From Chthonomonadales bacterium (GTDB taxonomy: Bacteria; Armatimonadota; Chthonomonadetes; Chthonomonadales; CAJBBX01), in NCBI GenBank assembly GCA_037443035.1, contig JBBIPC010000004.1:1-64000 (forward strand): 64,000 nt of DNA, read 5' to 3'. Shown piece after piece: positions 27,828-37,164 of the stretch (positions are counted from its first letter, which is position 1; every line of letters begins with the position of its first letter). Made by a program: the position numbers and the translations under genes. The notes beneath the pieces are model-generated. The model saw nothing but the letters and a program-made list of their open reading frames with translations. It was not told where the DNA came from and did not search any database.

Positions 27828-28625
27828 CCGAGGATATAGTTCTGCAGCATTGGCGTCCGTGAGCGCCGCTAGATCCGCGGCACTCATATCCAGCAGTCTC
27901 GCGACCTCCGCTGCCGTCCATCGTAGGAACGCTGGCTCATTCACCCTCCCGCGCATGGGTGTGGGCGATAGATAAGGCGCATCTGTTTCGATGACCAGTC
28001 TGTCCCTAGGGACGGCCCGTACCACTGCCGGAAGGTCGCCAGGTTTCTTGAAGGTCACTACGCCGGCAATGCCAATGTACAGACCCGACTCCACCGCACG
28101 CTTCGCTTCGGAGACTGAACCTGACCAGCAGTGCATCACCCCAGAGATGCTGCAGCCAGCAGCTCTGACGGCGCCGAGTGTATCAGCGTGAGCCTCGCGA
28201 CAGTGAATAACGACAGGCAGACCGAGCTCGGCCGCGAGATGAAGTTGTGCTACGAATGCTTCGAGCTGAATCGCCCTCGGTGCGAAGTCATAGTGGTAGT
28301 CCAGGCCGATCTCGCCGATGGCCACGACGCGCTCATCCTTCGCCATGCGCCGAAGCGATGCTTCCACCTCCGACGTATAAGTTGCCGCGTCATGGGGGTG
28401 AACACCGACCGCGCACCAGACGTCCGAATGTTGTCCAGCGATGGCCAGCGCTCGTTCCGAGCTCGCCAAGTCGTACCCAATGGCGACCACGCGGTGAACT
28501 CCAGCCTCTCGAGCCCGCCGCAGTACGTGGGGCAGGTCGGCGTACAGCTTCTCGTGGTTCAGATGGCAATGCGAATCGGTCAGTTCAGCTACCCACCATG
28601 GGCATGCGCATCCGTTCTCGACCAT
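27804..28625 (-). CDS. tatD: TatD family hydrolase
   Basis: DSHCHL, GVHPH, GEIGLDY, IHCREA, MHCWSG, ETDAPYL. Confidence 0.93.
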   Translation of the reverse strand: MVENGCACPWWVAELTDSHCHLNHEKLYADLPHVLRRAREAGVHRVVAIGYDLASSERALAIAGQHSDVWCAVGVHPHDAATYTSEVEASLRRMAKDERVVAIGEIGLDYHYDFAPRAIQLEAFVAQLHLAAELGLPVVIHCREAHADTLGAVRAAGCSISGVMHCWSGSVSEAKRAVESGLYIGIAGVVTFKKPGDLPAVVRAVPRDRLVIETDAPYLSPTPMRGRVNEPAFLRWTAAEVARLLDMSAADLAALTDANAAELYPRLRLAAEG

Positions 28626-29332
28626 AGCGGATGACGGCAGGCGTCCAGGAACTCAGCCACCACGCTCCTGTCCGCCGGCATGCCGCCATACGCAATGCGA
28701 TCGAAGAGCTCTACGACCGGCGCGACCAACACGCCAACGTCAGGCCTCTCACGAAGGATCCGGATGTATTCCCCATTCGTTCTTGCCGGGTCGAAGGGAA
28801 CGACGCCACTATCGTCAAGTCTCTTCAGCAAGCAGGCCATCGCCAGACGGCACGCCTCTTCCCACTTCTCCTTCCGTGCTGCCTCGGACGCCCGCGATAG
28901 CAGTTCGTCGGCCTGCCCCACCTCGCCGGTCCGTCTCTGATCCACTAGTCGTATCTGACGCCGAACACGCGACCGCCGCTCGACCTTCGCCATGCGGAAG
29001 GCACGCACGAGCGCCCAGGCGACAAGGAGCGCCACGGCGGCCATCACAAGCCACGTCAGCATCCTCATACTGCCTGGATCGGACAGCCCCCCGAAGCGAA
29101 AGAGCCGAGCGAAGAAGTCCGCAATCGCTCGGAGTGCATCGAGCAACCACTCACCAATCTGGCGAAGCAGGTCATGGCGCCGAGCCGCCGCCCTGTATTC
29201 GGGCTGAGCTAGGATGCTCGCAATCTGACTCCGAATCTCGGATTCCCGGCTGCCATCTTGCGCTATTGCCACAGTCTGCGCGGTCGCCACGCCCATGAAG
29301 CACGCGATGCTCGCGGTGAGTCCTCGCCTCAT
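28589..29332 (-). CDS. DUF4129 domain membrane protein
   Basis: ILAQPEY, one TM segment, RTNGEY, FDRIAYG. Confidence 0.8.
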   Translation of the reverse strand: MRRGLTASIACFMGVATAQTVAIAQDGSRESEIRSQIASILAQPEYRAAARRHDLLRQIGEWLLDALRAIADFFARLFRFGGLSDPGSMRMLTWLVMAAVALLVAWALVRAFRMAKVERRSRVRRQIRLVDQRRTGEVGQADELLSRASEAARKEKWEEACRLAMACLLKRLDDSGVVPFDPARTNGEYIRILRERPDVGVLVAPVVELFDRIAYGGMPADRSVVAEFLDACRHPLWSRTDAHAHGG

Positions 29333-30333
29333 CTGACCGTCTCGCCGCTTGCGACCGCCGGAAGCTTGTCCACCATCCAGAGCAAGTCCAGGGCCTCATT
29401 CCTGACTCTTGCGTCATAGTAGAGGACGACTAGCGCCGATGCCAGGTAAGGCTGGATGAACAAACCGACGACCGACGCGAGCACATCGAGAATGATTGTC
29501 TGCGTCTCTTCCGTCACCCGCAGGAATGGCAACAAGAGGCCGCCGACGCTGAACGCGATGGAGGCCGCGAACGTGAGCTGCAGAACACTAGTGATTACCC
29601 ACGCGAGACCCAGGCCGCTAACCGCCCTCCATCCAGCGACACGTAGCAGGGCGAAGTTCCGCTGGAACGCTCCGACGATACCCTCGGTCTCCAGCACGAT
29701 GATCTGTGGAAGAAACGCCAGGACAGCGGCTGCTGCCACGACCATGACAAGAACCACAACCACCATGATGGAAAACGCTGCCACGGCTACAATCACGCTA
29801 TCGCCAACGGCGGTGCTACCGACCGCAGCGAAGACAGCGAAGACAAAGATGAGAGCGAAGTAGACACCACCGATCACGACACTCGCAAGAAGGAGCGCAG
29901 CAACCAACTTGCCATAGCACGCCAGGGCCCGGCGGTAGGCGGCTCGCAGTGTGCAGGGCACCCCAAGGTAACGAGCCGACGCAGCCACAATCATGGCGGC
30001 GTACTGGGCTACGTAACCGAGGGTCGCGATGATGCTGGCGACCGAGTAGATCGCGAGCGCACCAAGCATGCGCATGACAGCAGCCACGTCGTCTGGGTTC
30101 GATGGCTGGGTGTCCGCAAACAGATTGTTAATGCCCAATAGGCCACCCGCAAGCAGAGTGAGAGCTGTCGCGGGCACCATCACAGCAGCCGTCACGGTAA
30201 CGAACAGGACGAAGTTGCTGCGGTACAGCCGGAATGCAGTATCGAAAACGTCGCCCAGTGACATGGGCCGTAGCTCCGCATGAACACTCGTTCCGAACAC
30301 TGCTTCCCTCGCGCCCCGCTCTGTTGCGGTCAC
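29329..30333 (-). CDS. Polytopic membrane protein of the type usually paired with DUF4129
   Basis: LRPMSLGDVFDTAFRLYRSNF..LYYDARVRNEALDL. Confidence 0.8.
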   Translation of the reverse strand: MTATERGAREAVFGTSVHAELRPMSLGDVFDTAFRLYRSNFVLFVTVTAAVMVPATALTLLAGGLLGINNLFADTQPSNPDDVAAVMRMLGALAIYSVASIIATLGYVAQYAAMIVAASARYLGVPCTLRAAYRRALACYGKLVAALLLASVVIGGVYFALIFVFAVFAAVGSTAVGDSVIVAVAAFSIMVVVVLVMVVAAAAVLAFLPQIIVLETEGIVGAFQRNFALLRVAGWRAVSGLGLAWVITSVLQLTFAASIAFSVGGLLLPFLRVTEETQTIILDVLASVVGLFIQPYLASALVVLYYDARVRNEALDLLWMVDKLPAVASGETVR

Positions 30334-31274
30334 GGCTCTGCCTTGGAAACGTCCTTCACGCGAATGGTCACGTCTACGGTGATCCGTCGGCCGCGAATCT
30401 GGATCGTAGGCGGCAGGTCCAGAGCGACTTGCCGCACCGCGTCGGCCCGCACGCCATCCAGGCTGATCGGAACAGTACGCACAGCATCCATGGCAGCCAG
30501 TTCAGACGGAGGTCCAGAAACGGCCACCTGAGCGGGGTCACAGACAACCGACGTCACGATGAATGGCGCCGGCGGCCGTCCTTCCAGCACGGGCGACACG
30601 ACAAGGACTCTCGTCTCTGCAAGGTCTAGCACGTCGACTTCTACGTGCACGTTAGGAGGGTCCACGCGCACCCCAGCTACAGTGAGGCCCTGCCTGTCCA
30701 CCGGGTCGATCATTACCTGGCCCCGAAAGCCCGTCGGCCTAATGTCCGGACGTACGACCAGCATCGCGACCTGTTCGACCGCCTCCCTCGGACCCTCGAC
30801 ATCCGCCCAGCCTGGTTCGACGCGTGGGGCTGAGTACCTCTTTCCCTGCGGCGGTTCCGTGGCGATCTCGACGCTGATGCGCACACGCTTGCGAACCGTG
30901 GAGTGAACCACCGCCTCGACGGACCTGGTCTGCGGCGGGAACGTGACGGCTGGTGCCTCTGGTGGTGCCACGAAGCGTATGACACGTAGCGAACGCACTC
31001 CAGGGCGAGCCGTGGAGAGGTCTACGATCGCCTTGACAGAGCCCTCGGTAATCGCATCGAGCTGGGCCCGCGGCCCCATGACTTCCACCAACACGCTGTT
31101 AGCCCGTATCTCCACGTCCAGGCCACGCGGCGGTTCTCCCACAACTACGACCTCAGCTAGGACCTGACGCGACGGTGTGGCAGCCCGATCGCTGACAGCG
31201 TAGGACCAAATCATGATCGCAGTCGCCAACGAGATCAGCTTTAGGGCCAGGTTATGGCGCAGTCTGCCTATCAT
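30330..31274 (-). CDS. cdaR: CdaR/YbbR-repeat diadenylate cyclase regulator
   Basis: NLALKLISLA..W TM anchor, three YbbR-like repeats (V.V.GP); coupled to cdaA. Confidence 0.9.
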   Translation of the reverse strand: MIGRLRHNLALKLISLATAIMIWSYAVSDRAATPSRQVLAEVVVVGEPPRGLDVEIRANSVLVEVMGPRAQLDAITEGSVKAIVDLSTARPGVRSLRVIRFVAPPEAPAVTFPPQTRSVEAVVHSTVRKRVRISVEIATEPPQGKRYSAPRVEPGWADVEGPREAVEQVAMLVVRPDIRPTGFRGQVMIDPVDRQGLTVAGVRVDPPNVHVEVDVLDLAETRVLVVSPVLEGRPPAPFIVTSVVCDPAQVAVSGPPSELAAMDAVRTVPISLDGVRADAVRQVALDLPPTIQIRGRRITVDVTIRVKDVSKAEP

Positions 31275-32179
31275 CGTACGCTGCTCTCGCGTGGCCGGCG
31301 GCGCGACCTTCGCCGCGCTCCCGCTGTCTTCTGAATGATAGCGCCGCTAACGCGCACGGCAACCTGGCCGATGGGCGTGCCCACCAATCCCTCTTGTTTC
31401 TCGACATCCAGCAGCTGGCGCAGTCTCTCCCGGAGCGCCTCGTAGGTGAACCCGCGTACCAGCCTGCCTTCGACCGCGATGGAGATGGTTCCTGTTTCCT
31501 CCGATACAACTACGATGACTGCGTCGCTCTCCTCCGACATGCCCAGTGCCGCCTTGTGTCGCGTGTGGACCGCAGCCTCGATTCTGGGAGCACCCGTGAG
31601 CGGCAGCGTGCAGCCTGCCGCAACGATGATGTGGCCCCGTATGACCACAGCCCCATCGTGAAGCGGATTCCCAGGATAGAACAGCGTCTGGAGGAGGGTG
31701 TCCGTTGTAACCGCATTGATCACCGTCCCCGAGGCGATGACATCTTCGAGCTTTGTCTCCCGCTCGATGACAATAAGCGCTCCCACACGCTTCACGGACA
31801 TTGCAGTCGCCGCCCGGACGACGGCATCGATCATTTCGCCAACGGACTCCTCAGCCACTAGCCCGAAGCTCCGTCCCCAGAAACCGGGCCGGCCGAACTC
31901 CTCTAGCGCGTGGCGCAGCTCAGGAAGGAACAAGATCACCAGGGCAACCGGACCGAACGCGAACATGCTCCGTAGCAACCAGTTCAGTGCCGCTAAGTTG
32001 AGCCAGTCTGTCACGAAGACTCCGGCAAAAAAGATCAGTAGCCCCCAGATGATCTGCCACGCGCGCGTGCCCTTCGCCCATACGAGCAGCTTGTAGATGA
32101 GCCACGCAATGGCGAGTATGTCCACTATCACAAGATAGTTGAACCGGGATAGGATTGCGCCGAGGTCGTTCCAAGACAC
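31271..32179 (-). CDS. cdaA: Diadenylate cyclase CdaA/DacA
   Basis: 3 TM helices, GALIVIER, PLHDGAV, TRHKAALG, VSEETG. Confidence 0.95.
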   Translation of the reverse strand: MSWNDLGAILSRFNYLVIVDILAIAWLIYKLLVWAKGTRAWQIIWGLLIFFAGVFVTDWLNLAALNWLLRSMFAFGPVALVILFLPELRHALEEFGRPGFWGRSFGLVAEESVGEMIDAVVRAATAMSVKRVGALIVIERETKLEDVIASGTVINAVTTDTLLQTLFYPGNPLHDGAVVIRGHIIVAAGCTLPLTGAPRIEAAVHTRHKAALGMSEESDAVIVVVSEETGTISIAVEGRLVRGFTYEALRERLRQLLDVEKQEGLVGTPIGQVAVRVSGAIIQKTAGARRRSRRRPRESSVR

Positions 32180-32275
32180 GAGTCAAGACTCCGGCCCCGC
32201 AAAGGAGCTATCTGGGGCTTAGAAAAGAGTATAACACTCCAAGTGTCAGTAATCAAAGAACGGAGGCAGTTTCTC

Positions 32276-33565
32276 ATGCGACGTCGGTTGGTCCCACTGG
32301 CGAGTCTGGCGGTTCTCGCCGTCGTGTCCATCTCCATGGCGCGGGCGGACTTTGCCCAGTACCTCGCGAAACCCGAGCCAGCGTTCCGCTGGGAGAAGCG
32401 CGACGAACGAACCTTGTCGGGAGGCAAGGTATACGACTTCCACATGGTGTCACAGGAATGGCAGGGCATGCGATGGGAGCACAGGCTGCAGTTGTTCGTA
32501 CCCGACAAGTGTGACAACCCATCGTTGTGTACCTTGCTGAACACGGGTGGAAGCGGCGGCGCAGAGGAGGCGATCCTCGGTCTCATGGCGGCGCGGGCCT
32601 CGGGATCCCCGTTCGCCATCCTCTACAACATTCCGAACCAGCCCCTCTTCGGTGGTAAGACCGAGGATGCTCTGATTGTCTACACGTGGCTCAAATTCAT
32701 GGAGACCGGCGACGAGTCCTGGCCCCTGCACTTCCCCATGGCCAAGGCAGTCATCAAGGCTATGGACGTTATCGAGGCATTCACCAAGCAGCCTGGCCAG
32801 AGACCCATCACCCGTTTCCTTATAACCGGTGCCTCGAAGCGTGGCTGGACCACCTGGCTCGTCGGCGCTAGCAAGGACAAACGCGTATCGGCTATCGCCC
32901 CCATGGTCATAGACATCCTGAACGTGCGGGCCCAGGTGGAGCACCAGTTGCAGTCCTATGGCAAGCCTAGCGAGCAGATTGATGACTACACGTCGGCAGG
33001 TCTGCTACCACTTCTGCAATCCGACAAAGCAACCAGGCTGCTGGAACTCGAGGACCCCTACAGCTACCGTCAGATCATCACCATGCCGAAGCTGATCATC
33101 CTGGGTACCAATGACCGTTACTGGACGCAGGATGCGCTGAATCTGTATTGGGACGGTCTCGTCGGTCCGAAGTGGGTGGCGTACATTCCGAATAGCGGAC
33201 ATGGTCTCGAAGATCGCGGACGCCTACTGAACGTGCTGACAGCGTTTGCCCGATCCATCGGTGAGCGGAAGCCGTTCCCGACGCTGAGCTGGAAGTACGA
33301 AGACACTCCAACTGGAGTCAGGCTCACCGTCACCTCCAGTGAGACGGCCAAGACCGCTCGTCTGTTCTACGTAACGGCACCGACGAAGGACTTCCGAGAT
33401 CAGAAGTGGACATTCCGGCCCATGGAAGGCGACGGAAAGACGTTCAGCGGCGCATACGAGACTCCAGCGAGTGGTTACGCTGCAATCTACGGCGAGCTAG
33501 TCTTCGAGCGGAATGGCAAGGAGTTCACACTGACGACGCAGATACGGATCCTGGGCAAGCCCTGA
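32276..33565 (+). CDS. PqaA-family (PhoPQ-activated pathogenicity-related) exported hydrolase-like protein
   Basis: SQEW, IPNQP, EDALI, PMAKA, GASKRGWTTW, IPNSGH; signal peptide. Confidence 0.85.
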   Translation: MRRRLVPLASLAVLAVVSISMARADFAQYLAKPEPAFRWEKRDERTLSGGKVYDFHMVSQEWQGMRWEHRLQLFVPDKCDNPSLCTLLNTGGSGGAEEAILGLMAARASGSPFAILYNIPNQPLFGGKTEDALIVYTWLKFMETGDESWPLHFPMAKAVIKAMDVIEAFTKQPGQRPITRFLITGASKRGWTTWLVGASKDKRVSAIAPMVIDILNVRAQVEHQLQSYGKPSEQIDDYTSAGLLPLLQSDKATRLLELEDPYSYRQIITMPKLIILGTNDRYWTQDALNLYWDGLVGPKWVAYIPNSGHGLEDRGRLLNVLTAFARSIGERKPFPTLSWKYEDTPTGVRLTVTSSETAKTARLFYVTAPTKDFRDQKWTFRPMEGDGKTFSGAYETPASGYAAIYGELVFERNGKEFTLTTQIRILGKP

Positions 33566-33679
33566 TTGTGAATTCGACCCGTGAGACACGCTGGTTGCTG
33601 TATGCAGCCAGCGTGCGCTATACTCAAGCAGCCCTGCTTCACGCGACGGTGGCAGGGCGACTTCATTGGTGACGATCGC

Positions 33680-34159
33680 ATGCTTACAATTCTCGACATC
33701 CTCGAACAGGACGCGCACGCCACATCCGCTCAGATCGCCAGCCGCTTGGGGCTCGATGAGGAGACGGTGCGCCGGCAGATCGCCGACTGGGAAGCGTGCA
33801 GAGTCATTCGGCGCTACAAAGCAGTGGTGGATAGGGAGCCGCTCGGTGCGACCCCTGTGGTGGCATTCATTGACGTGTCCGTAACTCCAGAACGGGGTGC
33901 TGGTTTCGATGAAGTCGCTGCACGGATCGCGCGGTTCCCGGAGGTTAAGTCAGTGGTGCTCGTCTCTGGTGGCCACGACCTCCGCGTCGTTGTGGAGGGG
34001 AAGGACATGCGAGAGGTGGCGAACTTCGTCGCCCAGAAGTTGGCCACCCTTGACCGCGTTACATCCACAAACACCCATTTCGTCTTGAAGCGCTACAAAG
34101 AGGACGGCGAGCTTTACATTGACGGCGACGCGGACCACCGGTTGTTGGTTACCCCGTGA
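33680..34159 (+). CDS. Lrp/AsnC family transcriptional regulator (YugG-like)
   Basis: N-terminal HTH, PERGAGFD, SGGHDL, THFVLKRYK; overlaps the aminotransferase start. Confidence 0.9.
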   Translation: MLTILDILEQDAHATSAQIASRLGLDEETVRRQIADWEACRVIRRYKAVVDREPLGATPVVAFIDVSVTPERGAGFDEVAARIARFPEVKSVVLVSGGHDLRVVVEGKDMREVANFVAQKLATLDRVTSTNTHFVLKRYKEDGELYIDGDADHRLLVTP

Positions 34160-35319
34160 AGCCCCTGAATAGAACGGTTTCAGCTATTCCACCTTCTGGC
34201 ATACGCCGGTTCTTCGACTTGGCATCGAGCATGCCCGACGTCATCTCGTTGGGTGTCGGCGAGCCGGATTTCGTAACTCCATGGAGCGTGCGCGAGACGG
34301 CCATCTACGCTATCGAACGTGGCTACACGACCTACACCTCCAATGCCGGTCTCTCGGAATTGCGTCAGCTCATCGCCGAAGATGTTCTGAGAGTAGACGG
34401 AGTCTCATACGATCCGGAGACGGAGATCCTTGTCACGGTGGGTGTTTCGGAGGGTCTTGACCTTGCCTTGCGCGCCTTGCTGGAAACCGGTGATGAGGTC
34501 ATCCTGTTCGACCCATGCTACGTCTCGTACGCCCCGTGCATCCGCATCGCAGGTGGAGAACCGGTTTTCGTTAGGACGAGCGCGGCCGATGGGTTCAGAA
34601 TCGACCCGGGCGAAGTCGCACGGTGCGTGACATCCCGCACGAAAGCCATGCTCATCTGCTCGCCAGGCAATCCCACCGGCGCCCTACAACCTCCGGACGT
34701 CCTTCGGGAACTCGCGCGCATCGCAGTAGAACACGACCTCTATGTGATCGCAGACGAGATCTATTCTCGGCTTGTGTACGAGGCGCCAAGGCAGTGCATA
34801 GCTTCTATGGATGGAGCACGAGACCGAACCGTGCTTCTGAATGGGCTTTCGAAGTCTCACGCCATGACCGGTTGGCGAATCGGATACATGTGTGCGCCTG
34901 AGCCGATCTCTGGCACCATGTTGAAGATCCACCAGTATACGACCTTGTGCGCCCCGCACATCTCGCAGATGGCTGCCATAGAGGCCCTGCGTAACGGTTA
35001 TGCGGAGTCGGCCGCCATGGTCGAGGAATACGACCGTCGGCGGCGCTACTTGGTGCGTGAGCTCAACGGTATGGGCCTCCCGTGTTTGCTTCCAGACGGT
35101 GCTTTCTACGCGTTCCCATCAGTCGAGCCGACCGGCCTGAGCTCCGAGACGTTCGCGACTCGACTGCTTCAGGAAGCCGGCGTCGCTGTCGTTCCTGGGG
35201 ATGTATTCGGCCCTGCTGGCGAGGGACACGTGCGATGCTCGTTCGCTGCGTCGTTCGACCTACTGGAACAAGCAGTAGCACGGATGCGTCAGTTCGCAGC
35301 AGACGTCTTAGCGGCATGA
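34156..35319 (+). CDS. PLP-dependent aminotransferase class I/II (YugH-like)
   Basis: PSGIRRFFD, GVGEPDF, GNPTG, DEIY, SKSHAMTGWRIG. Confidence 0.93.
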   Translation: MKPLNRTVSAIPPSGIRRFFDLASSMPDVISLGVGEPDFVTPWSVRETAIYAIERGYTTYTSNAGLSELRQLIAEDVLRVDGVSYDPETEILVTVGVSEGLDLALRALLETGDEVILFDPCYVSYAPCIRIAGGEPVFVRTSAADGFRIDPGEVARCVTSRTKAMLICSPGNPTGALQPPDVLRELARIAVEHDLYVIADEIYSRLVYEAPRQCIASMDGARDRTVLLNGLSKSHAMTGWRIGYMCAPEPISGTMLKIHQYTTLCAPHISQMAAIEALRNGYAESAAMVEEYDRRRRYLVRELNGMGLPCLLPDGAFYAFPSVEPTGLSSETFATRLLQEAGVAVVPGDVFGPAGEGHVRCSFAASFDLLEQAVARMRQFAADVLAA

Positions 35320-35371
35320 GGGGCATCATCGTCATGGAACGGGATGCGGCGCTTTCGAGAGGCACACTAGC

Positions 35372-36010
35372 ATGAGGAACTACACGAGAACCTGGCTCGT
35401 TACGCTGATCGTGTTGTCTCTTGGTCGTGTGACGAGCGCGGACCGAGTGGTTCTGGCCCCATCAGGTCGCATTACCCTGCCAGCGGCAGCGAACATCGCG
35501 TATGTATGGGACGTGGATGGGAAGGGCGGACGGGGATGGCTACACTTTGGCTGGCCCAAAGATGACCTCGGGCTCGAAGTGGAACTCTCCTCATTTGCCG
35601 TGAGTGACAACTCGATGGCGACGGTCGGCCTCCATTACTCCGTTATCAGTGAGGCATTCACCAACAACCTAGCGCCAGCGGTAGCCGTCGGCATTCGCGA
35701 CCTACCCAACCGTGGCTGGGAGGGGCGCTCTGTGTATCTCGCTCTCACGAAGACACTCAGGCTGACCGAATATGGAGAGCGCACGCTTGGCGCCGTCAGA
35801 CTCCACGCTGGCTATGGTTCTGGACGTATGGGAGGAGGATATGTTGCAGGTTCGCTCCACACCCCGTTCCGCGTTACAGTCGCAACCGAATTCCTCGCCC
35901 GAAGAATGAACTGGTTAGCCCGGTTCAGCCCGCATCGAGCACTGGACATCGAGTACTACGCCATGGAAGGTCGAGACTACGTCGGTCTCCGTGTGCATGT
36001 GAACAGGTGA
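35372..36010 (+). CDS. Exported beta-rich hypothetical protein, possible small outer-membrane barrel
   Basis: Signal peptide; PAVAVGIRD, RLHAGYG; alternating beta pattern. Confidence 0.55.
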   Translation: MRNYTRTWLVTLIVLSLGRVTSADRVVLAPSGRITLPAAANIAYVWDVDGKGGRGWLHFGWPKDDLGLEVELSSFAVSDNSMATVGLHYSVISEAFTNNLAPAVAVGIRDLPNRGWEGRSVYLALTKTLRLTEYGERTLGAVRLHAGYGSGRMGGGYVAGSLHTPFRVTVATEFLARRMNWLARFSPHRALDIEYYAMEGRDYVGLRVHVNR

Positions 36011-36020
36011 ACGACAACCA

Positions 36021-37142
36021 ATGGCAGTAGCAAGCCGAACGACGACCGAAGCGCTTCACGACCATCGAAGGGTGGTTCTCCTCAAGAGTCTTGCCACCAA
36101 CAATCGCTTCTACGCTCTCGTAGAGCCTGACTCCGGATTAAGAAACGCCGACACTGTAGCGACCTTCCCTGAGGGGCTGCACCTCGGCGTGGCCTATCCG
36201 TGCCTGGAAGATGGCTTGAACGACTTCGCCGTGATCCGCACGACTTTCGAAACGATCGAGTTCTTCCCCGACGACGCCGCCATGAAGGAAGAGTTGATGG
36301 CCATCATCCAAGAGGCCAGGGACAAACTCGTCCTCCGTCTGAGGGAGCTGCGTGACCGGATCGGCAATCGCACCGCGCACTTCCTGGGGACCGACCTGGC
36401 GGACTTCCGTGCCCATGCCCTGGACATGGTCCGCAAAGGCTATCCACGTCGGAACCTCGACAGCATGATGAAACTCAACGTGTTCATGTCCGTGGCCCAG
36501 CACGAGCCCGCGGCCAACGGTCCCGAGCCGCTCTTCTACTACGTGTTCCGGGATCCTTCCGTGGCGCACGAGGCCGAGAGCATGTCGTCGCGCAGTTTCA
36601 TCGCTGCGATGTTCGACGATATCCTGTCGGCGGTCCTCGACGAGCGCTCATACGTGTCGCGGCACGTCTTCGATCGCGATGTGTTCCAGAAGTTCATCGC
36701 CATGATGTTCGTGAACTACGCAACGACGGACCACATCTTCTACGGAACTCACAAAGCCGACTACGGCGTGTCCGCAGAGCGGGATATGGACTCCACGCCG
36801 CTCTACCAAGCCATCGCGCGACAGCTACGGGAGATCGAGAAGCGCTACCGAGAGGATCTCCTCAAGGTTGAAGACACCACTACCGAGCCGACACGAGAAC
36901 TCGCCGTAGATCTGCCCGACGTCGTGCTCAACGAGGAAGCACTCCTCGGTCCACTGGTCTCCATCTGCACGGCGGCCAAGCGCCTGGAGAAACTCGGCCA
37001 GGCCGACGCGACCGAGCTGGCACGCGTGATTATGGCGGACGTCTCCATACTAGTGGAGCAGCTCAAGGAACGGGGCCTCATCAGCGACCAGGCCTGCGAC
37101 CCGGGTTCGAACCACCTCTCGGCACATCGCCAGCCATCGTGA
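36021..37142 (+). CDS. Hypothetical cytoplasmic alpha-helical protein upstream of shc
   Basis: 373-aa ORF with strong GC3 bias, 22 bp before shc; no recognised motif. Confidence 0.8.
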   Translation: MAVASRTTTEALHDHRRVVLLKSLATNNRFYALVEPDSGLRNADTVATFPEGLHLGVAYPCLEDGLNDFAVIRTTFETIEFFPDDAAMKEELMAIIQEARDKLVLRLRELRDRIGNRTAHFLGTDLADFRAHALDMVRKGYPRRNLDSMMKLNVFMSVAQHEPAANGPEPLFYYVFRDPSVAHEAESMSSRSFIAAMFDDILSAVLDERSYVSRHVFDRDVFQKFIAMMFVNYATTDHIFYGTHKADYGVSAERDMDSTPLYQAIARQLREIEKRYREDLLKVEDTTTEPTRELAVDLPDVVLNEEALLGPLVSICTAAKRLEKLGQADATELARVIMADVSILVEQLKERGLISDQACDPGSNHLSAHRQPS

Positions 37143-37164
37143 AACCGGTCTAACTTCATGGAGG

